Part shown: positions 41,305-55,686 of the stretch, one piece after another | Layout of the letters: every line of letters starts with the position of its first letter | Position numbering within the stretch: the first letter of the stretch is position 1 | NCBI GenBank assembly: GCA_951406725.2 | Contig: OX597827.1 | Location: 8,246,001 to 8,310,000 of the forward strand | Length of the DNA stretch: 64,000 nucleotides | Reading direction: 5' to 3' | Source of the DNA: Octopus vulgaris | Lineage: Eukaryota | Notes under the pieces: model-generated | What the model saw: only the letters and a program-made list of their open reading frames with translations | What the model was told of the DNA's origin: nothing | The model's database searches: none | Translations under genes and position numbers: made by a program

Positions 41305-42999
41305 CAAATACCCACTCACAAGATAGTGGCCAACCCAACACTACAGAAGAAGACAGTTATCCGAAGGTATCATAAAGTAGAATTGAACCTGAAATCAAGC
41401 AGTTGAAAAGCCCACATCTTTTCCATAGAGTTAGTTATATATGCATCTCTATAGATAGCTTCATTTTAGCTTATTGAAGGCCAAAGTTTAGATGCTGAGT
41501 TCACAATCCACTTTTCCCAAACTGGCAAACTGAATAACAGTTATGAGTTTCAAGTTTATTGCTTCATTTGAATAAGCATTCATTCTCACGTCAGCCATAA
41601 ATTACCCTAATTTGATGTTTCCTGGATGTCAAGAGTCTCTCGACTTTCTAACATGGTTATCAATCAACCACTTCTTCATTGCTACTTATATATGCATTTT
41701 TCCCTTCAATAAGTCATATTTACTTCTTTAAACTGGTTCCTCATTCAATTACTCTTATTTCTCACTGAATACAAACTAGCTTCTCTCATTATAGCCATGA
41801 ACAATGATAATCTTTTATTAATAATATTTCTATAATATTAATGACTTCGTCTTGAGACTGTCTTTTTTTGCACACTGCACAATAGTTCTTTGACAAATAA
41901 GTCCCGTGTGATCTGGGCTTGTAATTATTTCCCTATATCTAACACTTGTGTAGCCTTAAAAAATATTACATTTCTTTTTTGTAAAACACTAATTCGAATT
42001 TCATGGAAAAATCATTTCAGTGATGTACAGTACAAGGAACTTAGCAACTGATAGACATCTAGTAACAACTTCTCTATATTTTTTCATAAGCATTTCATAT
42101 TTTGTAAACTGTTTGTGCCTGTCAAATTCTTAGATGTAAATTCTCATATTTCAACTTACATTGTGTTTATTTTATGCATTTTGAATGAGATTCTGCAATA
42201 AACTTAATTTCTAAACAGTATCGAATTAAAATCTTACAATTCTGCTTAAGTCATTTTTAAAAATTTACAACAAAAATTCTGAGTAAACTGTTTTATTTTC
42301 AAACAAAGAAAGAACATAAAACCTTGACTACATATTAAGGTCTTGTTTTACTGATTAACTCAGTGCTTCATAGAGAAATATTTAATAAAAATAAAATATT
42401 AAGCCAAATAAACAAAACAAATATTCTGATTTTAAGCTTATTAAGTCAGAGGAACCTGTGCAATCTTAACTTATTAATTCTTTATAATTAATAGGATTTA
42501 TGAATTTATGAAAGAAATAAGCATTCTAATTCAGCAACATTGTGCAACAGAAAAATTTAAAATTCTTTGCTTTAGAAAATTATACTAGAAGAAAAATATG
42601 AAATATCACCCATTCCACATTGTAAGCAAGCACAAATACGCACACAAAAACAACAATATTTTATCTCAATATATAGATATCTATATTTGTTTGAAATGTT
42701 AAATTTTTTTTTACACGCTTTTGGTCATTTCTTCAGCTTCCTATTTTCAAGATTAGGATAGAGTATTCCAAACTAGAACTTTCCTCTGTCAAACTTATCA
42801 TAAATTGTTATCACATCTGTATTGTATCTACCTTCACTCGATGCCTTAATTTCCATCTGCTTTCTTAACTTGTCTGAATATAAATGTTCTTGAGTAAGAT
42901 AAACACAATCTTTTGATGTTAAATCTATTGTCTACTATACCAGTGCCTGCAGACATCTCTTTACTGACATTTGTTGTATCAGATTTACTCTGTACATTA

Positions 43000-43539
43000 T
43001 CTTTTATCTTTTATCTTTTACTTGTTTCAGTCATTAGACTGTGGCCATGCTGGGGCACTACCTTGAATTTTTAGTCAAATGAATCGATCCCAGGACTTAT
43101 ATTTTTATAAAGCCTGGTACTTATTCCATTAATCTCTTTTGCCAAACTGTTAAGTTACAGGAATGTAAACACACCAACACCATTTGTCAAGTGGTGGGAG
43201 AGGGGTTCAAACACAGACACTCACACACAGATATATCTATATACATAGACATACATATATAGATATGTTTCTTTATTACCCATAAAGAGTTAAACATAGA
43301 GGGGACAAACAAGGACAGACAAAGGGATTAAGTCGATTACATCCACTCCAGTGTGTAACTGGTACTTAATTTATCAACCCTGAAAGGATGAAAGGCAAAG
43401 TCGACCTCGGCGGAATTTGAACTCAGAACGAAATACCGCAAAGCACTTTGCCCGGCGTGCTAACGTCTCTGCCAGATCGCCGCCTTTAGATATTGATATA
43501 TAGATATATATATGTGTGTTGTTATATTTTTTTTTTTTA

Positions 43540-43594
<55 letters not shown>

Positions 43595-43755
43595 ACTGGG
43601 CTTCTTTGTTTCCATCTACCAAATCCACCCACAAGGCTTTGGTCAGCCTGAGGCTATAATAGAAGACACTTGCCCAAGGTGACACACAGTGTGACAGAAC
43701 CTGGATCCATGTGGTTGGGAAGCAAGCTTCTTACTGCACAGCTAAGCTTGTACCT
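43000..43755 (-). mobile_element. Older SINE A with a SINE B (43268-43485) nested in its microsatellite
   Basis: A tail at 43000-43225, then B element, then A head at 43598-43755. Confidence 0.85.
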
Positions 43756-44124
43756 ATGTTAACTTCATTTAATTTCTCTTTTGCCTTTGTTTTGCTACTG
43801 CTTATGATTCACTCATATTTCAAATTTCTCATATGCCCATCATGATATTTGTTTGAAGTGAAAGTCATAGATATATGTTATAACAGTAACCTATTACAGA
43901 CCCTTAATACTGAGTTATCCCTGATTCTGCAGCTATCTTTTATCATCTACTTGTTTCAGTCATTAGACTGTGGCCATGCTGAAGCATCACCTTGAAATAT
44001 TGTAAGTTGAATGAATCAACCCTAGCACTTTTTCTTAAGCCTTGTACTTATTCCATCAATCTCTTTTGCCGAACTGTTAAGTTACAGGAATGTAAACATA
44101 CCAGCATCAGTTTTTAAGTGGGGA

Positions 44125-44970
44125 CAAACGCATAAAAAGCACCTTTTGAGTGTTGGGCCTCACGGAAGTAATTAGCACTCATGCTGGTGACACATAAAAA
44201 GTATCTGTTGAGCATTGGGCCTAACAGTGGCAATGTGTCTAATGCCAGTGTTACGTAACTGGTACCTGTGCCAGTGGCATGTAAAAAGCACCATTCAAGC
44301 ATTGGGCTTCACAGAGGCAATAATATATGACTGAGTCCTTTGGCACTATGCCGTGCTTGAGATGAGCCATCAAGTCTAATGAAATCATAGTTATGGTAGA
44401 TAATGGTTTCATTCAACTGTCACCCATACCAGTGACATATAAAAGCACCCATTACACTCTCAGAATGGTTGGCATTAGGAAATGGCAACCAGCCATAGAA
44501 ACCATGCAAAATCAGACCAGAGTATGGTGCAGCTCCTCAACTTACCAGCTATGGTCAAACCATCCAACCCATGCCAACATGGACTATGGATGCTAAATGG
44601 TGATGATGAGGATGATGATGATATAACCTTGTGAAAGAGATAACAGAGATGTGAGATACCTGGTTCATTGCTATACTCAAGAAGACCCACTCACCACAAT
44701 AGAACTGAAGTCCTAAAACCAAGGTACCATATAAAATGCCTTGGTGAAGGTGCTGGTGCCAGATAAAAACTACCCAGTACAATCTGAGGAGTGATTGGCA
44801 TTAGGAAGGGTATCCAGCTGTAGAAACAAAATAGACTATGGAACGTGGAGTAGCCTCTGGCCTTTCCAGTTCTTGTCAAGCTCACCAATCCATGCCAGCA
44901 TCGAAAATGGACATTAATTGTTTATGATGATGATGATCATGATGATGATCATGATGATGATCATGATGAT
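44125..44970 (+). mobile_element. Two decayed family D elements (RTE-like 3' end, GAT tail)
   Basis: Repeated TAAAAAGCACC subunits, GTTGGCATTAGGAAG, CCAACCCATGCCA...(GAT)n. Confidence 0.7.
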
Positions 44971-45913
44971 ATATGTATGTATATTTATGTATTTGCATGT
45001 ATATATATTTATATCTATATACATATAGATAATGTATATATATTAATATGCATATATATTATTTATATATATACATATAGATACTGTATAAGGAAATACT
45101 ATTCAAGGAGAAACTACTTCTAGCCACCTTTGATATGTATTCTCAGCATCACATTTTTCAGTTGCAGTTTAAGCCGGAGTTTTAGTGATAAACCAAACTG
45201 AGCACTCATAGTACATACCTATTACATTTGTTGATAAAAACTCCTTGAATATACTCTATATATATGTATATATATTTATACATATATATGAGAAATTAAA
45301 AAAGGAAAATATGCAAACTTTACATAGTTTTAATATAATTTTTAATATATCGACCGGTTTCGCTATCGCTATTCGTGATATTATGGTTTACTTATTTGTA
45401 TATGTATTTTCTTAAGAAGAAATTTTGCCCATGTTGATGGATGTTTATGCATATATACATGTGTGTGTGTGTGTAATATGTGTGTCTTTCAAACATAGAA
45501 ACAGGTGTTAGTTTGTTTATGTTCCCATAACTTAGCAGCTTGGCACAAAGGAAATGATGGAAACTGATAAAAGTAGAAAAGAATTAAAGAATACTTCATT
45601 CTTCCTAACAATAAATTTTAAATTCAAAATTTTGCGATTTTCTTTTCAAAAATATCTTATGAATGTTACTTTGATACTTGAGTAACCAAAGTAACCAGCA
45701 GAATAGAGAAAGAAACGTTGTGGGAGATGTAAAAAGGAGCTGATTTGGGATACTGTACTTTAGACAGATTGTGATATGTTGTAATAGCATCAGTTGCCCT
45801 CAGAAGATATATGTTAATCAGCTGAAAGATGATAGTGGACGTCATTGAGAAGAACTGTCACATGCTTTAGAAGATGGAGATGTGTGGAGGATCAGGACCA
45901 TGTAAATTTGAGT

Positions 45914-46010
45914 GATGATGATGATGATGATGATGACGATGACGATGATGATGATGATGACGACGACGACGTTGACGATGATGAGGATGATGATGAGGAT
46001 GATGATGATA

Positions 46011-46059
<49 letters not shown>

Positions 46060-46082
46060 CGATGATGACAACAATGACAAGA
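45914..46082. repeat. (GAT)n/(GAC)n microsatellite
   Basis: Read directly; source of the poly-D/M/H/S ORFs. Confidence 0.95.
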
Positions 46083-47275
46083 ATGATGCTGACGACTGTT
46101 ATGAAACAGAGACAATTAAATTTTCCCCTCACATCAATGATAAGATTTTAGTCATAGACATAAGCCATCCAATATTGATAGTTTGTTTCTTAAATCGTTA
46201 AATTGCTTTAAGAGAAAATTCTATCAGAAACAAATTGATTTTTCAGCAGAAATGTATAAACTAAGTAATAATAACTTTTTCACTAAAAACCTCCAAAACT
46301 CTTCAACAATCTCAATGCAATATTATTTTTATTTTAATTATTTTTAATTGTTTGTTTCTCAAATTACAGTTTTTGTTGATTATTCAATAATTTCTATTGC
46401 ATAATTCTCATCTTCAACATTAATACCTACTGATTAAACAACTTTTATGAATAGATATAATTAGAGAATTCAGTATCTGTATGCTGGAGTATAATTTTGG
46501 ATATTAATATGATATCATTAATTTCATATCTGTTAGTGAATACATATTTATAATGATAAGTTATGGCTGTTTGCACTTTTCCAAATGCAATTGTTGGTCA
46601 TGTATCTGTCTTTGTTCATGAGACGTCATTAATTTTAATTTATAATATTCCTCTCTACTTAGATGTTATTTTGAAACAAAATCTGTTCAATTCCATTCCT
46701 TACATAAAGTCAATTCAATCTGTATGTAGTTGCTAAGCATTTATTTTACTAATTAAACAAAAAAAAGGAAGAAAAGGATAAGGAAAGAAAAACCAGAAAT
46801 AAAAAAGAAAGAAAACTATTTCATCTGTAAAATTACATGAATTGTTGAAGCCATTGTAGCTAAACAACATTACAGTAAGCAAACTTTCCATGGTACATTG
46901 TTCAGTTAAGTCGCCTGAGGGAAGAAACAGTAATCTATTTAGCCTAAAGCTATAAAGCAATGCTTGTAGCAATATGTGCCTATGACTTGTGGACAAGCAT
47001 TCTAGTACTTTAAATAGCAAAAATATCAATGAGAAGATTTCTTTTGCAATTGAGCAACTATAGTAGAAAGCATAGTCTACATTTTGTTGATGGCTATAGC
47101 TGCAACTTGGATTTGTTTACCACATATACGTAAGCATCTCATACATGTATTGCAAAGTGAAAAAAAAAAAAAGAGTAAGAAAAAGAGCTATGTTCAAATA
47201 GAATGATGTGAAAAATCAAGTAAAAAGGCTTAGTTTGCATACAGAAATTTGTGACAGAGCAATTTATATATTATA

Positions 47276-47674
47276 CTAGCAGTATCGCCCGGCGTTGCTC
47301 GGGTTTGTAAGGGAAATAACTATATAAGCATTTTTAGAGAGTTATAGCCAAAAAATAGCAAAAAAATGCATTAAAAATGGAAAACAAAATGATGGTAATT
47401 TTTTTTTAAATCGTTGACTCATCGTACACATTTTTAGAGAGTTACTTCCCTTATATAATCGCGAAAAAAATGCATTAAAATGGAAAAAAATAATGGTAAA
47501 TTTTTTTTAAAATCGTAGACTCATCGTAGACGTGCGCTAATACCCAGAAGGGCTCAATATGAATCACAACTATAAGATACCCGGTTTTGGTTAAACTGCA
47601 CTGCAAAATGTGGGAGTAGTTAGGAATCTAAATCGGAGTAGACAGACACACAACCTTACTTTTATATATAAAGA
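47276..47674 (-). mobile_element. Non-autonomous Helitron
   Basis: Minus strand starts A|TCTTTATATATAAAAG and ends with the hairpin CCCGAGCAACGCCGGG (47288-47303) then CTAG|T; no TSD; internal ~100-bp duplication. Confidence 0.85.
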
Positions 47675-48705
47675 TATATATTTCAGACTAAGTGATAGAA
47701 GGTTTAATTCACAAATGTCAAATAAGTTATGATAAGCAGCGTAGTTAAAAAAAGGCATTGTTAAATTTATTCTTTACCAAGTTGAGATGAGTTATTATAT
47801 ATTAATGGCACAGCAAGATTGCATTTCAGCTTTATGTATTACTTATTCTAAATATGCTGAGAATATGCCTAGTAGTCGAGAAAACTGCATGCAATACATG
47901 TTTTTTTTGTTCCCTACATGTTAATTTTTGCAGTTTTAAATTACTTGCAGTTAAGCATGCAATAAAATTTAAATATAACGGCTTTATATTTATCCTGCCT
48001 ATAGTAATATAGGGCTCAGTGACATTCCAATATGTTTGTTGAAATAGGAGGGTGTTGCCAGAAAATGTGAATGTGCTATGATAAAGGAGTTTGTTTATAT
48101 TTATAAACAATCCTCTGAAAACATTTTAAATATTAATATTTGGTCACATTTATAAATGATCCATTCAAAACACACTTTAATATTAATATATAAACAACTA
48201 TGTTTTTAATGCTTTTTTTAATCCTTAGACTTGCAGCATAAATGCAAATTTTAATAGCATTATGGTGCGTGTGTGTGTGTGTGCAAGCAAAAGAGAGGGA
48301 GTGACTAGAAATGAGACAAGGGAAAAAGAGAAAAATAGAGGAGAAAAAAAGGGGGGTGAGAACGCAAGAGAGTATAGATTATCCTTGATTTTTAGGTGTT
48401 GGGCACTTTTTTACTTTCCCACAAATATTCCAATTTAAAATAGCATTTAAAAATTGCACCCTATACACAATTTCTTCTTCAGAAATTTGCAAAATATTTT
48501 TCTAATCTGGAAATGTCTATAATATTTAAAATAGTACCTAATCTCTATGATGCCATATTTTCAGAATATGGAGAAAGAAAGTGCACTATTGCTTCAGAAT
48601 TCAGTAAAAATTTTTATTAATTTTTAAGCAGCAGGAAAAGAATTTTGCATCACTAATTGAATATTTATTTTCCTTCTTCAAGAAAATTTTCACAATAACA
48701 AGAAC

Positions 48706-48756
48706 TCATCATCATTATCATTCATCATCATCACCACCACCATCATCATCACCACC

Positions 48757-48802
<46 letters not shown>

Positions 48803-48880
48803 CCATCATCATCATCACCATCATCATCATCATAATCATCAACATCATCATCATCATTATCAGCAGCAGCAGCAGTAAGC
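48706..48880. repeat. (CAT)n/(CAC)n/(CAG)n microsatellite
   Basis: Read directly. Confidence 0.95.
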
Positions 48881-49004
48881 AGTTGGAGCAATATGCTTTT
48901 ATCTCCTTGCCACTTCCTCTCCTTCATCACAACATCTGTAGACTACCCTTCATGAGCTACCCTGGTGGCAAATAAAAGACATCATTATTATAACCGATTA
49001 TAGG

Positions 49005-49218
49005 GCTGTGAGCCGGCAGAATCATTAACACACCTGGCAAAATGCTTGGCAGTATTTTGTCCGTATTTGCATTTAGAGTTCAAGATCCACGCAGATCAAC
49101 TTTGCTGTTCATCCTTTCAGGGTCAATAAATTAAGTGTCAGTTGAGCACTGGGCCCAATCTAATTGACTTAGCCCCTCCCCCAAAATTTCTGGCCTTGTG
49201 CCAAAATTTGAAACCAAT
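49005..49218 (+). mobile_element. Diverged SINE family B
   Basis: GAGCCGGCAGAATCATTAAC head, central domain, CTTGTGCCAAAATTTGAAACC tail. Confidence 0.8.
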
Positions 49219-49238
49219 ATTATTACTATTTTAGTGTG

Positions 49239-49620
49239 GAGGCGCAATGGCCCAGTGGTTAGGGCAGCAGACTCGTGGTCATAGGATCACGGTTTAGATT
49301 CCCAGACCGGGCGTTGTGAGTGTTTATTGAGCCAAAAACACCTAAAGCTCCACGAGGCTCCGGCAGGGATGGTGGTGATCCCTACTGTACTCTTTCACCA
49401 CAACTTTCTCTCACTCTTACTTCCTGTTTCTGTTGTACCTGTATTTCAAAGGGCTGGCCTTGTCACTCTCTGTGTCACGCTGAATATCCCCGAGAACTAC
49501 GTTAAGGGTACACGTGTCTGTGGAGTGCTCAGCCACTTACACGTTAATTTCACGAGCAGGCTGTTCCGTTGATTCGGATCAACCGGAACCCTCATCGTCG
49601 TAACCGACGGAGTGCTTCCC
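49239..49620 (+). mobile_element. tRNA(Arg)-like SINE family C, tail type 1, with a 14-bp TSD
   Basis: GGCGCAATGGCCCAGTGGTTAGGGCAGCAGACTCG head; ACTATTTTAGTGTG at 49225-49238 and 49621-49634. Confidence 0.9.
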
Positions 49621-50834
49621 ACTATTTTAGTGTGAAAGTGTCTTCTTTTTTATTCTCCTTTCAAAACACTTTTTTTTTTTTTGCTTTAAGCATTACCAAT
49701 AGAATTTTGTTAGAGTAGTTGTAAAGAGAACAATAATTGCCTATGGAGATATTGCCCTTGATTGTCAGGGATAGACAACAGGGAAAATAGGATTTTTGCA
49801 CAAACATTTAAAATTATATTTATGTACATTACATTTTCGTATTTAAAATGGCTACCACACATAATTATGCCTCATAAATAAATATATAAATGGCTAAAAA
49901 TAAACACCAAGTCTAAATGCACAAGAGGAAGAAGAAAATAACAGAATTAATACAAAACATCCTAAATACTCAAATAAGTCATTTGGAAGAATGACAACAA
50001 CAACAACATCAATAGCTGCAACAACTCCTGCATGTTTCCAAATATTGCGATCTGTTCATATAGCAACTGGGTGAAGACAAACCTTTTATTTCAAAATAAA
50101 CAGAATTTTTGAACCTATCACAGATACAAGAAGAAAATAATACGTAAATAGGAAAACTTTCTAAAATGCAATGGTATTTCTTTGCCACAGGAGATAATCT
50201 AGGAGGAGGCAAAGAGACAAGTTATATATCTCTGCTTATGAAAAAACGAAATTGAATTACGTTTTCCTCGACAACGAGCCCTCCAGGATTATCTCAGGAA
50301 AAATTATCTCACGTGTAACAGACAAAAGCTACGGTACTATTTGCTATACCTTTAAAATACAAGACACGACTATAACACAGGCTAAAACTATCTAACTAGT
50401 CAGACATACACTAGTGCACATAAACACACACAAACATACATATGAACATACATAAAACTGTATAAGCAAAATTAATAGATATATATGAAAAAATATATAT
50501 AACATGAGGGTACTAAGAAGCACCAGCTTACCTAAATATAGGATTTGTAAACACTCTAAAGCCACAAGAATTAACACTAAATTTTACAGGCATGGTTGAA
50601 ATAACTAAGTGAATAAGGACTGTGTGATACCTCTGCAAATTTGCAAAAAGGAATACCAGTTAACCTGCTATTATGATTTCAAAATCATGATACCAAAATC
50701 ATGTTATCTATATTTTACACACACACACCCCACACACATATATATTTATATATATATATACCTGCACATATATATGCATATATGTATATATAATATATGT
50801 ATATATGTGCATATATATATATAATGCACATATA

Positions 50835-51149
50835 TCACGTCACGTGATCACGTGACTGACCAGTCCATCAGATGTAGTTACACATCGCTGGTCACAATGC
50901 GCTTCACATTGTTTTAGCCTTCGAATGATGCCACCCCGCTGGCTAAGCGAGCAGGCCAACAGAAGAAAGAGTGAGAGAAAGAGTGATGAAAGAGTACAGC
51001 ATGGATCGCCACCACCCCCTGCCGGAGCCTCGTGGAACTTTTAGGTGTTTTTGCTCAATAAACATTCACAACGCCCGGTCTGGGAATCGAAACCGCGATC
51101 CTACGACCGCGAGTCCGCTGCCCTAACCACTGGGCCATTGCGCCTCCAC
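50835..51149 (-). mobile_element. SINE family C, tail type 2
   Basis: Same ~170-bp head as 49239 but an unrelated 3' half ending in CACGTGATCACGTGA. Confidence 0.88.
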
Positions 51150-51965
51150 ATAATACACATATATATATATATTTGTATAGATATAGATACATTTATATAT
51201 ATATATATGTGTGTGTGTGTGTATATATATGTGTGTGTGTATACACACACAAATACACACACACAAGTACACACACACACAAATATGCATATATCTGCAT
51301 AAGTTACAATTCACTATTTGAATAGCATCAACCTGCTAGAAAAATGCAGCAGAAGTAAGCTTTGAAAGAATGGTGGAGCATGGATGGTATCAGCTGATGC
51401 AAGTAGAAGAGAAGGTTCTACAGGGCTATGGACATTTGATTTGAATAAAAGATAAATGCTGGATGAAAGTGAGTTGTATGCTGAGAAGAGGAATCTCATA
51501 ACAGCAGAAGATTGCAAAAAAGACCTTGGATCAGATATCAGCATGTTAAGCAAACTTCTTAACTATTCAACCATACTGCATCCATACACCTTAGATAAGC
51601 AAGTCTTATATATCAGATAATCTTGTCTTACATATAATATTTCTGAAAAAACAGATAACATGGTGAAGACATGGCAGTGTGGTTAAGATGATCAATGTGC
51701 AAATTTTGCTGTGCAGCACCCTTGGCAAGTGTTTTCTACTGTGGCTGATTGATGCGTTCTGAGTAAATCTAGCAGATGGAAGCTGCATGCATGTGGCTGT
51801 GTGGTAAGAAGCTTGCTTCCCAACCACATGGTTCCGGGTTCAGTCCCACGGTACAGCACCTTGGACAAGTGTCTTCTATTATAGCCTCGGGCCCAGCAAA
51901 GCATCATGGTTGGATTTAATAGACAAAAACTGAAAGAAGCCCCTCATATATATATATATTTATAC

Positions 51966-52007
<42 letters not shown>

Positions 52008-52309
52008 GTATATATATATATATACATATATATGTATATGTGTATATTTGTTTTGTTTTTTGTTTTTGTTTTTCCAGTTTCAGCTCTTGAGCTGTGGCCA
52101 TGCTGGGGCACTGCCATTGTGGTGAAAGAGTACAGCAGGGATCACCACCCCCTGCCGGAGCCTCGTAGAGCTTTTAGGTGTTTTCGCTCAATAAACACAC
52201 ACAACGCCCGGTCTGAGAATCGAAACCGCGATCCTGCGACCGCGAGTCCGCTGCCCTAACCACTAGGCCATTGCGCCTCTAATATATATATATATACATA
52301 TATGTATGC

Positions 52310-52351
<42 letters not shown>

Positions 52352-52484
52352 ATATTTATATATGTGTATGTATGAATTTGTGTGAGTCTGTGTTTGTGCC
52401 CTACTATTGCATGACAACCGATACTGGTGTATCATGTCCTTGTCAATTTGCAGTTCAGTAAAAGAGACCGATAGAATAAGTACT

Positions 52485-53208
<724 letters not shown>

Positions 53209-53380
53209 TGTGCTTACAAAGAATAAGTCCTGGGGTTGATTTCTTTGACTAGAACCCTTTAAGTCATTGCTCCAGCATTGCTACAGGCAAATGACTGCAA
53301 CAAGCAAAAGAATACATGCATACACACCCACATATAGATAGACATGTGTGTGTGTATCTGTGTGCATATACATATATATA

Positions 53381-53613
53381 TTTCTTTATTGCCCACAAGG
53401 GGCTAAACATAGAGGGGCAAACAAGGACAGACAAAGGGATTAAGTCGATTACATCAACCCCCTCACCCAGTGCGAAAGTGGTACTTTATTTATCGACCTT
53501 GAAAGGATGAAAGGTAAAGTCGACCTCGGTGGAATTTGAACTCAGAACGTAACGACAGACGAAATACCGCTAAGCATTTCGCCCGGCGCGCTGACGAGTC
53601 TGCCAGCACGCCT
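53381..53613 (-). mobile_element. SINE family B
   Basis: Matches 32906-33138. Confidence 0.88.
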
Positions 53614-53891
53614 AAAGGTACATATATATGTGTACCTTTAGGGTCTGTGCTTTTCACCTGCCCACCCAAATTGCAGGACAACCAGTGTTAGCTTGTTTAC
53701 ATCACTGTAACGTAGCAGTTAGGCAAAAAACGAAAAAAAAAACATAAAAGAACTGATTGGTGAAATAAAAATAAGAGATGCTTTGATGCACACAGAAATT
53801 GCAGGAGCTTCTCAGTGATTTTGCAACCTCTTCTAAATCCGTTGCAATGTTGAATAAGCATCAGGCTTTAAGAAAATACTGAGGTAGATCT

Positions 53892-54308
53892 GGCGCAGGA
53901 GTGGCTGTGTGGTAAGTAGCTTGTTTACCAACCACACGGTTCCGGGTTCAATCCCACTGCGTGGCACCTTGGGCAAGTGTCTTCTACTAAAGCCTCGGGC
54001 CGACCAAAGCCTTGTGAGTGGATTTGGTAGACGGAAACTGAAAGAAGTCCGTCGTATATATGTATATATATATGTATATATATGTATATGTTTGAGTGTC
54101 TGTGTTTGTCCCCCTAGCATTGCTAGACAACCGATGCTGGTGTGTTTATGTCCCCGTTACTTAGCAGTTCAGCAAAAGAGACCGATAGAATAAGTACTGG
54201 GCTTACAAAAGAATAAGTCCCAGGGTCGAGTTGCTCGATTAAAGGCGGTGCTCCAGCATGGCCGCAGTCATATGACTGAAACAAGTAAAAGAGTAAAAGA
54301 GTAAAGAG
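53892..54308 (+). mobile_element. SINE family A, full length, short TSD AGATCT
   Basis: Matches 5680-6095; followed by an older A tail at 54309-54390. Confidence 0.92.
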
Positions 54309-55448
54309 ATCTGTTTGACTAAAAATACTCTTCATGGCAGTGCTCCAACATGGCCACAACCCAATGATTGAAAATAATAAAGGATAAAAGGTGGCCATAA
54401 GTTAAATGCATTTTGTCATATGGCTGATCAGGAAAGACCAAGGGCTAAGTAACAATAAGTCACTTGCTAACAGTTTAGTGAACAAAATATTACAATAAGT
54501 TCGATAAATAAGCATTTATGTGTTGTGTAACCTGCTGAGATTGATTTCATTCTTGATTCCTCAAATATTGATAAAATCAAAATATTAGAAAGCATCTGAA
54601 TTTCCGATAGTGACTATATCTCAACTATACACAAATGAAATCATGGTTCCACCTATGTGCTCTATACCATTTTCAAAAACACAAAAAAGTAGACGGTATT
54701 TACTTTTAAGTAGATATATGAATATCACTTGTGGTGACAATAGATTTACTTAAATACTATATCGGTGTACGATTGTCGTGATGGATATTAAAAGAAACAG
54801 AATCTCACACACTACAGGTTGTAATTCTTTAAGTGCATTAATATTGTTCTTAAAATCCTATTCCTTTTCAGCAGATCAGTAACTCAGCTAAAATGCTTAA
54901 GGTCAACATTTTTCCCCTGCAGCAAATTCATTACTTACTGTTGATAGTTCATTAAAAAAAAAGCAAAAAAAAAAATACATACAAATATATATAAAATAAA
55001 AGATAAACATATGAGGATATACATAAGTAAATAAATAAATAAATCTTTTAGGAACTAGCATTTTACTTTTCACCATTAACCTTTAACTCAATCTTGCTAT
55101 TTTTTTCTTCAATACAAGTGAAACCAAATTGCCTATGGGCAATTTTAAAGAGATTGTAGCAGATTCACCAAAATGATACTCAGAATTATAGCTCCATACA
55201 AAATATAAATTTATGCAAACACATGACAAGATTTCATTTGCTTCGACATCTTCGTCTTCTATAGAAACAAACCAATTGGGTAAGATATGCCATTTGCTGT
55301 TATTGAACTGAAGCTCACAATGTAGAACATGTCTATAAAAATATAATAACTGAATAGTCTACAGAAGTATGGTATTGTGGTTTAAGAAGTTTACCATGCA
55401 ACCACGTGATTCTGGGTTTGATTCCATCACACTATACGTAGCAGCAGG

Positions 55449-55686
55449 CGAAATACCTATTTCTTTACTACCCACAAGGGGCTAAACACAGAGAGGACAA
55501 ACAAGGACAGACAAACGGATTAAGTCGATTATATCGACCCCAGTGCGTAACTGGTACTTATTTAATCGACCCCGGAAGGATGAAAGGCAAAGTCGACCTC
55601 CACGGAATTTGAACTCAGAACGTAGCGACAGACGAAATACCACTAAGCATTTCGTCCGGTGTACTAACGATTCTGCCAGCTCGCCG
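55449..55686 (-). mobile_element. SINE family B
   Basis: Matches 32906-33138; the 3' end extends into GTATTTCG. Confidence 0.92.

Noticed and set aside
45845-46201. Asp-rich acidic protein exon
   Set aside because: Pure (GAT)n tract, open in several frames, without convincing splice context
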